Positions 11,923 to 23,800 of a stretch of DNA of 64,000 nt are shown piece after piece. Made by a program: the position numbers and the translations under genes. Within the stretch, counting starts at the first letter, position 1, and each line of letters starts with the position of its first letter. Below the pieces are notes generated by a model. The model ran no database searches, was not told where the DNA came from, and worked only from the letters and a program-made list of their open reading frames with translations. This DNA is from Antedon mediterranea. Lineage: Eukaryota > Animalia > Echinodermata. The stretch lies in assembly GCF_964355755.1 (NCBI RefSeq), contig NC_092670.1, forward strand, positions 20,446,795-20,510,794, written 5' to 3'.

Positions 11923-12298
11923 TCTCTGTCTACACTCAAACTGTATGTGACGAAAAAAGTCATATCACCACCATATTTGGGCATATCACTGCCATATTTG
12001 GGTACATCACACTTTTTTTGTCAAACTAGTTTGATAGTGTAAACAGGGCTTTATACATGCTTTCTTCATTTCTCACTCATTTTATATTTACTAACTTTTT
12101 CATTCACCCATCCATCCATCCATTGGCCTACAATTATCAGAAAGCTAAAGCTCTATCAAACTAGTTCTGTCTACACTCAAAGTTTATGTGACGAAACAAG
12201 TGTGATGTGCCCAAATATGGTAGTGATATGACATCATCATGTCCATATGGATGCATCACATTTTGTTTGTCACAAAGTTTGGTAGTGTAGACAGAGCT
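11923..12298. mobile_element. Two adjacent copies of the PIF/Harbinger-like MITE family
   Basis: Copies at about 11923-12050 and about 12149-12298, with TIR ctctgtctacact/agtgtagacagag, an internal gcccaaatatggtagtgatat repeat and TAA/TTA flanks. Confidence 0.75.
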
Positions 12299-12371
12299 TA
12301 AAATTATCTTTTAATTTTTAATCCATAGAAAGAAAGCACATTTAAAGTGTGACATAAACAACACCCCGGCC

Positions 12372-12707
12372 GCGATATTTCTTTTCGTACATAAGTTGGG
12401 GACCCCTCGTGAAACGTCACAAAATATGCATGAATATTCATTAGTCATATCAATAAGGTGTGACGTAAGAATTAAGCTAACTACAATTCGCTAATGCAAA
12501 CGATTTCTGTCGAGCCGTCTGTGTAGTCGTGTGGATAAGACTATGGACTTAACATGTCGATGTATGAGGTTCGATTCCCATGAGCTACTTCTTTTACTTT
12601 ATAGTGAGAGAGAGATTATTAAGAGGGTTAGGTTTAGTTTATATTTAGGAAGTAGTTCGGCTGACTTTCACATGGGGTCCCCAACTTATGTACGAAAAAA
12701 AAATCGC
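12372..12707. mobile_element. MITE with about 40-bp TIRs and a 9-bp direct repeat (MULE-like), carrying an internal tRNA-like segment
   Basis: TIR gcgatattttcttttcgtacataagttggggacccc / ggggtccccaacttatgtacgaaaaaaaaatcgc. ACCCCGGCC occurs at 12363-12371 and 12708-12716. Confidence 0.8.
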
Positions 12708-13036
12708 ACCCCGGCCCTATATGATTTGAAGTTTAAAATAAAATATTTATATAGGCCTGAATCTTTTATAGGGCATCATAAGTTCAACTACGGACCACCT
12801 TGTTACGCCGATCGAAGAAACTAATACAGTTTAAAGTTTACTGTTTTACCCGGACTGGTTGTGGAAGATCATTCAGTCTACTCTCTATTGTTGTTAACTT
12901 TTAAATAAATGTATAATAATTTACATAATAATATCATTTTGACCACAGTATGAAATGAATCTGATACTTGTTTTGGCAGTAGTTTTAATTTTGCTTATGA
13001 TAGCTTATTTTTTTAATTTTTGTTTGTTTTCATTAA

Positions 13037-13245
13037 GATGTATTTTCCCTAAAAACATGAAAAATAAAAGGTAATACAATCAGGCTTTGAATATGTTGTT
13101 ATGTATTTTTAATAAAGTTAATCATTTAATCGTAGAAAAAAAACCAACAAAAATAATGATTTCATTATTATAAAAAGCCCCAAAATAAACAGTTATATTT
13201 GATTATTTTTGCTTTAAATATTTTTTTCACAGGGACAATATATCT
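13037..13245. mobile_element. Kolobok-like MITE (TTAA TSD)
   Basis: ttaa|gatgtattttccc ... gggacaatatatct|ttaa; same family as the copies at 22316 and 59633. Confidence 0.65.
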
Positions 13246-13819
13246 TTAAAGCATCCATCAATTCCAAATAAAAGTAGGCTACTGTGTTGTATTTTTTTAG
13301 GTTAAAATTACTGTATATTCCGATTTAAAAACTATTGTAGAAAATATATTTGCTGACGTGTGCTATGACCTAACATATGTGTGGAATCGATTTTGGCACA
13401 AATGACGGTTTCTTGACGTATCAGCTTGCCGGTGTAAGATTTAAATGTGTCCGGTGTTTGAAAGTGTCCACTGGACAATTTTCAGCATTGAATAGTGTAA
13501 TACTAGCTGTTGAAAATGGCTGCGACCACCCGGGCAGCTTTCATCGATAAAAAAGTAGGACCATCGACATCGACATCATATTAACCCCGTAAAAACTAGG
13601 GCACTGGACGGTCACCAACTCCCGTTAGGGTAATTATAATTCCTTAGAATACCAACTTGAATCGCAAAATATCAAGTCGATTGAAATAAATATTACTATT
13701 ATTATATCTGGAGACATATAGTCTAATCAAATTAAATTGTTTGTTTTTGATTGAGTATATACAACCTGTTGTCAATTAGAAGTAAATCGACAACTTGAAA
13801 AATATATAGCCTACTGTGT

Positions 13820-14460
13820 ATTATTTCGAGGAAATGAATATCACTAAATCATATAGGCCTAGGGCCTACCTATTTCGTTCTCTCGAAATATTATTTCATT
13901 CGAATTCGAATTACTACTAGAGAACGAAATAATTTCCCTCGAAATTATTTCGTTCTCTCGATCATTCCTTGTCTCGAAGTAGTAATTCGTTTTTTATATT
14001 ATTCAGTTCTTGAAATCTTATTTTGTTCTCCCTAAATATATTCGTTCCCTCAAAATATTTTTCAGTTCTCAAAATATTATTTTGTAATATTCATAATACT
14101 GTTACTAATTTAATAATATTAACTGATAACAAAAGTTCTTTAAACAAGTAAGTTCGTCATTGTTAAAGTCAGTTCTTTTTCATTATATTTTTTTTCACAG
14201 ATGCCTGATTTTTGTTTTTATTTAATAAAACATTGAATTGGTTAGTCACAATATTTGTTTTGTTTCTAGAGACTTTACATTATTTATTTATTTATCTAAA
14301 ATACATTTGAAAAATATTGTTGATGCATATTACCAAAAAAATATTTATTTTTTTATATTTTATATGGAAAAATAAACACCTTAATTGCGCATCATAATTA
14401 TTCGTTCACTCAAGGGTATTTCGGTTTTTTGTTTTTTTCGAATATTATTTCGTTCCCAAT
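13820..14460. repeat. Array of direct and inverted ATTTCGTTCTCTCGA-like motifs (probable DNA-transposon subterminal repeats)
   Basis: More than 8 degenerate copies of tatttcgttc(t/c)c and its complement gagaacgaaata. Confidence 0.5.
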
Positions 14461-14609
14461 ACAAACAGTCCAATGCCGTTATACATCAAATTCATAGAAT
14501 AATGGCTTATATTGAAATGAAGCGTTTAAAACGTCTTTGCCACAATGTCTGTACATGCAGCTGAGTTTTAAAAATCGCGGTTGTATTTTTGTTTTATATG
14601 GACATATAA

Positions 14610-15570
14610 ACATAGAAACCTCCAGCTAATACCAGAAATACCAACAGCTTATGTAATCAATTTTTAAAATCAACACCAGCTAATGTAGAACGGTCAGCAG
14701 ATAATGTAGTAACGAAAATTGCCTCACAGCTAATGTTGAAAATATTGTATAAATTTAAAAACCTGCATGTCTACATCATGTGAAAATGCATTTCTTTACT
14801 TACCGGTAGCTATCCATCTATCCACGTCTCGTAAGTGACCAACCAACAACCACTTCTAGTAAGTAACCACCTCTATTAATCGACCACCGCCTCTTAACGA
14901 CCACACCACTCGTCAAGGACGAGCTATTTTAAAGGACCACCACCTCGGCTTCTCATAATCAACCTCATGACGGACTACCTCTCTTAACGACCACGCCTAA
15001 AGTGTCGACCTCTCTAAAAAAAACGTCCACCTCTCCAAGGGACCACTTCTCATAATCGACTACCATCCGTAACGACCACCTTTCGCAAATTACCACCTCT
15101 ATTGAGGTGGTCACTTATAACGGGAGGTGTAGTCGGTAAAAGAAGTGGTCGTCTCCGAGCGGTGGTAGTTTATGAAAAGCAGTCCCTTATGAGAGGAGGT
15201 TACCCCTTCAGGAAGTTGTCCATTGTGAGAAGCGATCCTTTAACAGAGGTAGTCCCCTTTAAATATTAAAGGTGGTCGCTAACAAGGGTAGTTGCTTACG
15301 ATGAGAGTGCTACGTTTTGAAAGCCGATCACTTACGAGAGGTGGATAGACTGACAGCTAAACTAAGTAGAGAAATACATTTGCACATGATTTAGACATTT
15401 AGGTTTGTAAAATATATAATGTTTTATTAGCGGCGATATTAACTACATTAGCTGTGAGGCAATTTTCGTTACTTCATACCTGTTGAGTTGTATATTAGCT
15501 AATGTTGATTTTTATTTAATAAATAACTGTTGGTGTTTCTACATTAGCTAGTTCTAGGTTTTACTACATG
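14610..15570. mobile_element. Foldback element, an imperfect palindrome of about 950 bp
   Basis: The left arm (e.g. gtaacgaaaattgcctcacagctaatgt; cacgtctcgtaagtga) is the reverse complement of the right arm (acattagctgtgaggcaattttcgttac; tcacttacgagaggtg). The centre switches from gaccacctct repeats to agaggtggtc repeats near 15100. Confidence 0.8.
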
Positions 15571-17936
15571 GGTGGATTTGACTTTGTTTCGACGACATTT
15601 ATTGCTGGCGTTTTCTACACTAGCGGTTTTGAACAGGGACTACTGTATTAGTGTAAAGGGAATGCCACAAGTTGTATTTTTTTATTTTTTTTTATTTATC
15701 GTTTTGTGTACTAAAGTGGCAGCATAATCAGTATTTATTTTTACCAGATGTCCAGCAAGGGTAATGTCCCATAACTCAGGCCACAATTGTCAGGTCAACC
15801 TCAAAACAGCGACTCTCGGGAGATATTAATTAGTCGTGTTAACTGTCATCTGTTATTTTTCAGGAGAAGGGGTGCGAACTTGCTCAGGGTTAGCCATATC
15901 TCAAATTAGGATTACGCTTACCATGAATATGATTTCATTACAAGAATTATATACCACAGTATGTTACGTAATTTAATTTAATTCTCTTATTTTAGGTTGT
16001 TGGATATTAGAGGTTGGATATTAGATTGTAAAAGTTATTGTGAAGCTGTTGTTTAAAGTGCTTACTGGGTTGTTGAAAGTTGAAGTTGATTGAAATTAAA
16101 GATTTGTTTTTGAGTTATTTTACAACTTTGTGGATTAATTGGTGTGTATACTTTTATGTCACAAGGGAGTTCCTAAAGTATTTTCAACCGCTCGGAAACA
16201 TACGTAAAAGGAGTTCGCGACATCCACTTAAGACACAAAGTTTAAATTATAGGCCTACACCTGACAAAACTGTTTGCTCTTTCTTCTAATCGGCAATTGG
16301 TTAAAACAAATGTAGCAAGAAGCTGATTGGCTCAATGTTTGTTCAAAACCTCCTACATTTAAAAATCATTCACTTTGCTTGCAAAGTTCCAATCACGGTG
16401 TTGTTGATCGTTACAACCTGCCTTCTTTCTATTTTTACTTATTGTCATTATGGCCGATCATGAGTTTGATGCCTTGAGAAACTATCTACAAAACAACGTT
16501 TATCCTGTAAATTATTCTGAAATATTAAAACGAAGTTTACGACGGAAAGCCAAGAACTTTACAATTCTTCATGATACCGTGTTGTATTACAAATCACGGC
16601 ATTCTGGTAGATTATTGCGTGTATTGTTACCGAAAGAAAGAATCGACGTGTTAAATTATATTCATAAGCAGAAACATGGTGGTCACTTGGGTGTCAACAA
16701 AACGTAAGTTTTATGTCTATAATTTAAATTAAATAATTAGGCTCCGATAATTGAAATTAATATAAATTAATTGGAAACCTTCGACTCCGATGTCACCTGG
16801 ATAATAGGCCTACTATAAGTCGGTGATCTTCTCAATATGATTTACATACTTATTATTAGGCGATGTCACAGGGATGCTAAATAAATTCACAGTCTGTGTT
16901 AATTCGTATCCACCACCATGAGTGAATTCGCTTAAATGGTTATTCATCCTTGCCAATTTGCCTATATTAAAAAAAACTAATTTGTACAATTTTAATATTT
17001 TAAATACCGCCCTCTATTCGTGAGGTATGCTGATTGTGTTACAGATGTAGATAGCAAAATCTCACTGTATTAATAAAAGTCTCGACTGATTAGGCGATTT
17101 GTATGGTTTCTTTTCCTTCTTTTATTTACCCACAAATATAAAGTATAAACATTGCAACATAAATAAAACATATTAATATATGAATGGAATGGCTAATAAA
17201 TACTGTAGTTTAAAAGTAATCAAGTTTTATAGCCCCTAAACATTGAAAAATAAACAGTTATATAAATTAGGGCTACCTTTCTAAAAATGTATATACCTAA
17301 AACACACTTTGTCAAAATATATGAAAAAAACTATGAGATTTACTATAGGCCTACTATTACTAATCAACCAGGGAGATGAAATTATCCATGAATCAACGTA
17401 GTGATAAAGTGTAATGAAATAGAGGGCAGCATTACTAAAAATAAAATTGTTTTCGCCGTATTAATTTTATCTATTTTGTTTTCAGTTATTTTCGGCTGTT
17501 TTTTCAGTGAATAGACTGGCCGCACAATTGTAATTCTGCGTAAAGAATATGAATTTTACAGTAGTGTTCTCAGCTGTAGGAATGTAGGATCACGTTATAT
17601 AATCATTCATCATTAAATATTAAAGAGCAACTGAACACTATTGACCGTAATCGAAAGTAATTTCTCAAAAGCACACTTCGCTATAATTTAATATTTTTGC
17701 ACATGACCCTATTAACCAACGTACGCGATAACCAGAGATGGTGTTTGTACGTTACGAATACAGAATACAGACAAATAAACAAATGATAAATACAGTTGTT
17801 GATATGAACCATTATTATTAACCAATTGACCGGTGCTTGCTTTAATCTATAGACCGCCAAACTGTAATAAAGGAATACATTAATGATAAAATTACTCTTT
17901 GATACTGATGATGTTAACATTGATAATACATAATAA

Positions 17937-18062
17937 AAACAAGGCCATACATTGCTGCAGTCGCGTGCACAAATTTGAGTTAGTGCTTACCGACCGACCG
18001 ACCAACTGACAGACCGATCGACACAGTGAGCTGTGTACAGTCGCGTTTTCACGCGACTAAAA
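17937..18062. mobile_element. Helentron-associated (HINE/DINE-like) short element, copy 1
   Basis: aaacaaggcc...gcagtcgcgtgc, an (ACCG)n microsatellite and a terminal hairpin agtcgcgt-tttc-acgcgact. Confidence 0.6.
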
Positions 18063-18400
18063 CGGTAATAAAAATAAAATGAAATTATTTAAAGAATCGT
18101 CCATATAATTTATAAGATTTATTTTCATCAATATATAGTGTTATTTATGTTGTTGTTTATTTTAACAGTTGGAAAAAGATACGTGAAAGGTATTACTGGA
18201 GGAGGTCATTTAGTGATGTTCGTGATTTTATAGGCGCCTGTTATCAGTGCCAAGAACGGAAAGAAGTTCTAAAAAAAGTTCCACTTCAACCTATACCTAT
18301 AACAACAGATACTGTTTTCAGACAAATCGGTATGAATATTGTTGGGCCAAGTTTGGAAAAGACAGAATGTGGTAAGATATCTCATGTCCGATCTCATGAC

Positions 18401-18511
18401 AAACAAGGCCATATATGGCTGCAGTCGCGTGCTTAAATTTGAGTTAATGTTTACCGACCGACCAACCGACCGACATAGTGAGCTGATAGAGTCGCGTTTG
18501 TACGCGACTAA
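18401..18511. mobile_element. HINE/DINE-like short element, copy 2 (interrupts the integrase relic)
   Basis: Near-identical organisation to 17937-18062. Confidence 0.6.
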
Positions 18512-19122
18512 TTACTGAACAAAAGTAAATGGATTGCAATTGAAATACCTACCAAAAGTGAGCATCAAAGGCTAAATAAAATCTCACATGTAACGGGTGT
18601 CGTGTTTCTTATCTTCTAAAATTTAGTTAGGACCTGTTTTTTATAAATAGGCCTATATCCTACGTTATAAACCTCACAACAAATGACTTACTTAAAATTC
18701 CTAACCAGTTTTTGTCATTAAAAAAAAAGAGCGTTACGGTTCATGAAGTCGGTTAAAAAGTAGGCCATGTAATGTATTGATTCAGAAACTGATACTGCAT
18801 GCATTCCACCTTTAACATTCCGTATGAAACGAGCTCACTATTTCCTCGTCTATTCACACCGGAAATTGTTGTAAGTAGTATTTTTTGAAGGTCTCTCTCA
18901 CAATCACATTTCCATGATGTCATGTCTCGCCTTCCGACGATGTAGATGCATGGTTGAAACTCCATGGTATAGCCGTCCCTTCGTGGACATCATGTGTGAT
19001 GACTTATTATGACTAACACAATTTCATGTTGGGCGGCGCCAGAAACTTTACAGAGTAGCAGTTCTTTCCAAATTCCGAACTTGATTCAGATGCAAACTGA
19101 CTTAAATGTTCTTTTATTTCTA

Positions 19123-19278
19123 AAGCCCTGTCTACACTATCAAACCATTTATTTCTCCATGATCAAACTTATTTGACAACAAAATGTGATGAGCATAAAT
19201 ATGGTAGTGATATGCCCAAATATAGTAGTGAATATGACATCACCATCATGGGCACATCACATTTTTTGTCACTGAAAG
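19123..19278 (+). mobile_element. PIF/Harbinger-like MITE copy
   Basis: taaagccctgtctacactatcaaac ... gtttgatagatagacagacc with the family core gcccaaatatagtagtga. Confidence 0.75.
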
Positions 19279-19639
19279 TTTGATAGATAGACAGACCTTT
19301 TAAGTTTAGGTCAAATTCACATTTATTCAGAAATTAAATATTTACATTGTTACAGAGATCTTACAGAGACAAAGTAATTGTCTTTAAAAAAAATTATCAC
19401 AAAAAAACATGAAAGAAAGGTTTTAAAGGACGTACAAGAAATAAATAAATAAGGAAAAGTATACATACATTAACAATAAACGAGCAATACATTTGTATGT
19501 ATATGCACACATTACACACACACATACTATTATATGCATATATATTATTAATTTATACAGTATGGGTAAAGCATTTTAAGTAACTGTAATTCGATATGAT
19601 GTCTCTTTTTAACATATTTTTTTATTATTTTATAATATA

Positions 19640-19830
19640 ATATCTTCTAAATCATTTCTACGGAGTTCGTTCCATAGTTTCGGTCCATTAATAAAGTGTT
19701 GACCAGATGTTAACCTATGGTTGTTCTAAGTTACTAACCTTTCTAAGATTATGGGTCGTATTGTCGTTTCTTTTGAATAGATCTTTTGAATACGTCTGGG
19801 TAAAACATTATACTTCTAACCTCGGCCATT
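19640..19830 (-). mobile_element. Degraded CR1/L2-type LINE 3' fragment
   Basis: Minus-strand translation gives LPRRIQ..LFKRNDNTTHNLRK...INGPKLWNEL, resembling the C-terminal G-x-x-LWN-x-L motif of CR1/L2 ORF2. Confidence 0.45.
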
Positions 19831-20199
19831 AAATCTAATGACGGAAAGACGTAAACTTACATGCAACATGCAGCAGTAAGATTAAAACTACGATCAAATA
19901 AATAAATCTTAAGACCTTTAGAATGACAGAACTTTAAATATTTGGATTTCAGGAAATGTAAATTAGCACTATTTGGATATATTCATATTTTTACTCATAG
20001 TCTAAGTCATTCAGGGAAGAGTGATCACTCTTTCCTGGTCATCCTTATCTATCCTTCCATCTCTCAGCCTTATACTTAAAATAATATTACTATACTACCA
20101 TAACAAAAGTTTGATTTCTCCCCCAGGACCGTGACCAACATTTTTTAGATGTTTTGAACAGTGGGTTTAACAATTTGTAACTCAAGAACCTCGAATACA

Positions 20200-20826
20200 T
20201 TTTGGTCATGGCCTTGACCTCACGTGATATTATACATCCAGTATTGTATCATATTTTTATTATAGGGCCTATTGTTTGAACATTTATCGGAAAAAGGTCC
20301 AAACTTTCAGGTAGCGCTAATTTTAAATTTTATTGAAACCGGAAGAACAATAAATTCACTTGATGATTTCAACTGATCTGATTGCAAACAGCATGCCGAC
20401 TTTAACTAAACGACCTTTGAACTGTTGTCAAATATAACGTGATATGATTGGTTGATCGTTACTAACCTGGTTAGCAGCAAAGAAAGTATTGGTGGTTTAC
20501 GTACCAGCACCCTGTAGGTTAACCTTGTTTAACCAATAAGTTACGCATGTGTAACGCATGGATGGAGCTAGGCTGCTGCACGTTCAAGAAAGAACGAAGA
20601 CAAAAAACAATGTGACCCCAATACAAAACATTTTTCAGAGTGGTACTGTAGCCAAAGCTGTAGCCTAAGCCTACTTTAGTTGATTTCTTGCGACGATAAT
20701 ACTAGCTATAGACTGTTAGAAACGACTGAATATACTGTTGTTGTGTGGTTAAATTTAAGAATTCAAATAATGGTAGCGGCGTAAAGAATAGAAAAAGGAA
20801 GTCGATAGGCTAGTCTGTATCGAAGC
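20200..20826 (+). promoter_or_regulatory. Putative ATF7IP promoter and 5' UTR
   Basis: CpG-retaining region with an E-box TCACGTGA (about 20221), ETS CCGGAAG (about 20339) and CCAAT boxes (gattgg about 20447, ccaat about 20533), upstream of the first donor at 20846. Confidence 0.5.
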
Positions 20827-23800
20827 ATGCTGAATGATGTTAAGTGGTAAGTAAGTTTGTAAAATAATAATAATTATCCGATTATCCTAGCTAGGCCTAG
20901 GCCTAGCCTAGGCTAGTAGGGCCTAGCCTAGGCCTATAATTTGTATTGGTAGGCCTATCACAGTATATTTAGGCTAGGCCTAGGTAGGGCCTATTAATAT
21001 TATAGCCTGCCTATCTATTGGCCTAGAAGTAATGTACAATACAATAACTTTTAACAAAGAAAACGGCATAATAAAAAGTAGTACTTCATAATATATAATA
21101 ATAGTTAATACTAATAGGCCCTAGCCTAGGCCTAATACTATATAGCCCTGTCTTTTTAGTTTAGATACATGGTAGTACTACTAGACCTAGTACTAGCCTA
21201 GGGCCTAGTACTATTAGTATAGTAGTAGTGAATTAAAATAAATTGTTCCTAAAAATAAATAAAAAATAATTATTTCAGTCGTGCATATTTAGGTAATGTA
21301 TTTTAAATTAATAAATATTATAAATATCAATACAACAGTAATTGATCAATTATTGATTGACTTAAAAAAAAATTTCACTAGCCTATAACAATTTGCAAAT
21401 AAGTTGCATTACTACAAAATACATAAATGGTAAACACAGATATTACAAACATATAAAAATTGAAAGAAATATAAATATTACAAAAGTCATTATTTATTAA
21501 TTAAAACATTAACATTTGGCGAACTAAATGTTACAGGAATCAATTACTTTTAAATTCAAATACCTGTATAAAAAAGAAATAACTTTTTTGTTAGCGTTTT
21601 AATTAAAAATTATCTAAATTGCAATTTGCATGCAGTATATTTGATTACAACAAAATTAAATTCATTGATTTAATTATAGCAATTGTAGAGTATTTTTTAC
21701 TCAAAAAACTAATTTAGTTATTAAACATCTATAATGAAAATTTTGATTTTTTTAATTTTTGCGCTTCATTAGAATTTTTTTTATTACAATTACAAGTACA
21801 AAATCATATTCAAATACAATTAAACATTTACCTTTTAAAAAAATACTATAGTTACACAAAACAACACAATTGTGACCATGTTGGTAGTCATACACAACAA
21901 ACTTAGTTTTTTTTTACATAAGCTTGTAATTCCTTGAAAAGAAATGATGGTGGTACTGTATGTTGGAGGCATGCCTATTTGACAGGTGATTGACAGACCA
22001 ATTCATTATGGTGAGGGGTGCTTTTACTTTTCAAATCATGTTCTTCCTGGGTAGGGCAAGGGCTATGGTTTATCCATGTAATTGTAAGCTAGTACTAAAT
22101 ACAAACAAATCACTGCACCAGATCTTTAGTTTTGCTAAGACCAAGTGCGGAGAGAAAGGGTGGTTGATTAATAAGAGCGGATAGCCAATTTTTACAAGAC
22201 TACAAGTCCTTGTTGGCTCAACTGGTTGTAGCTGCAGAACAGCTTATGAAAAGGTGTACAGTACGACCTCAATCATACCATTTTTCATGGAGACTTTCAA
22301 ATGATTCAATATTAAAAATGTATTGTCCCTTTGACAAATTCCAAAAAAATAAAAATAAAAAGATTTTAAAAAAAAGTGGGTCATTTTGAACTATCATAAT
22401 AGTTATTAACTTTCACCAAAAATTAGTTGGAAAAAAAAATCATTTAACTGAAATACAGACATTTTTTTGTTCACTAAAATAACTTATAAAGTTTTCAATC
22501 AAAACATATCTCATAATGCAACGTGCTTATTTAGCTACTCTGTATGCATAATTATAAAACTTCCTCGCGATCTGTGTGAGAACACATTCTCAACCGTGAC
22601 GAGTTGTAAACAATTCTAATTAGCATCATGCATAATGCATACTCGTGGTTTAAAATCTTTGTTTACTTTCACTCGCGACGATTTTCCCGACGAAATGTAA
22701 TCAAATTAATTCACCTGTTAATTTACGTAAACTTGTTGTTTTTGGCTCGAATTTTCAAATTAAAGTGAATAACTTTAATATTACTTTGATATGGCCCAGA
22801 GAAAAATTTCATTTCAAAATTTTGTTTAGCATTATTGCTAATTAAACTGATTTTTGAGTCAAGAAACATAGTTTTCTATTGTATTTTTTGCTAAGCAATT
22901 TTAGAAATGTATAAATTTAGAATATTTTTTTGTGTTTCAAGGGACAATACATCTTTAATTTTGTTGTTTTCTAAATGTGACCGTTTTTGTTTAAAAAAAA
23001 TAAAAGTAAAAAACATGCACTGCTCCAAAATTGTATGTGGTAGGGACGTGAAATGCTTTGGAATATTGTGCATCAAAAAAATCCAACAGTATTGGACGTT
23101 ACGTATTTAGCAAAATTTACATTGGGAAGCTTAGATTTTCTAATCCAGACCAAGGCAAAAATGCAAATTTTATGTTAATTAGCATGCAAATAAGCTCTAG
23201 AAAAAAACGAACAGATATAAAATAATTAGTTAACTTAGTCAATAGAGGTCACCTAGCTAAACTAGTTTGACCTTTTAACAAGTACAGAATGAAACCATGA
23301 TATTAGATCCTTAGCATTGCTTAGGGTTAAAAGAACAGTGGATCTCCTATCAAGAAAAAAAAGTGATGCATATTCATTGCACTATTAACAAAAGATTAAT
23401 TGTAGACTAGTTTGACCTTTTGAGAATGTAAGAGCATACTAATTTGTTCTTCCTATCTTCTGTTAAACAAGGGATCATCTCAGAATAGTTACAGAAGTCG
23501 CTCTACAACATGTGTTACTGTTTGTAATGTGTCATTCTGTGCAAAACTAAACAGCACTAACAGTTTCACATCCACACCATCATTAAATATTCATATTTTG
23601 CAAGTGTTGTGTAAACAATTATTGATACAGGTAGTTTATGAAGTTACTGCATCACTTGAAGCAATGGAGATGCTGTCGTAACTGCAGTAATAATAATACA
23701 TTGACTAAAATCCTGCATAATTGTGCTATGTGCAGGAATCTGCATATTAAAAAAGATAACAAATCAATGGTATAGCAGGTTTCCTACATAGGTAACATGT

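Larger units (their letters stand above)
16450..18620 (+). mobile_element. Intron-containing Ginger/GIN-type (gypsy-integrase-related) transposase relic
   Basis: Exon 16450-16703 (AC|gtaag) splices in frame to exon 18169-18371: ...YIHKQKHGGHLGVNKT/WKKIRERYYWRRSFSDVRDFIGACYQCQ...LQPIP...FRQIGMNIVGP. This gives an HHCC zinc-binding domain plus the start of the rve core. A degenerate SKWI..IPTKS continuation follows at about 18520, after a HINE insertion. Confidence 0.8.

Noticed and set aside
12514-12588. Possible tRNA gene
   Set aside because: D- and T-arm-like motifs are present, but the acceptor and anticodon stems do not pair and it lies inside a MITE. The tRNA-like stretches at about 3820-3900 and 63885-63950 (minus strand) are similarly weak.
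18753-18965. 70-aa minus-strand ORF next to the integrase relic
   Set aside because: No recognisable motif. It is probably part of another decayed repeat and cannot be supported as a gene.
15652-19052. TGTAAAG...CTTTACA as termini of a full Ginger element around the integrase
   Set aside because: Only 7 bp of complementarity and no matching 4-bp TSD (TTAG vs GAGT).
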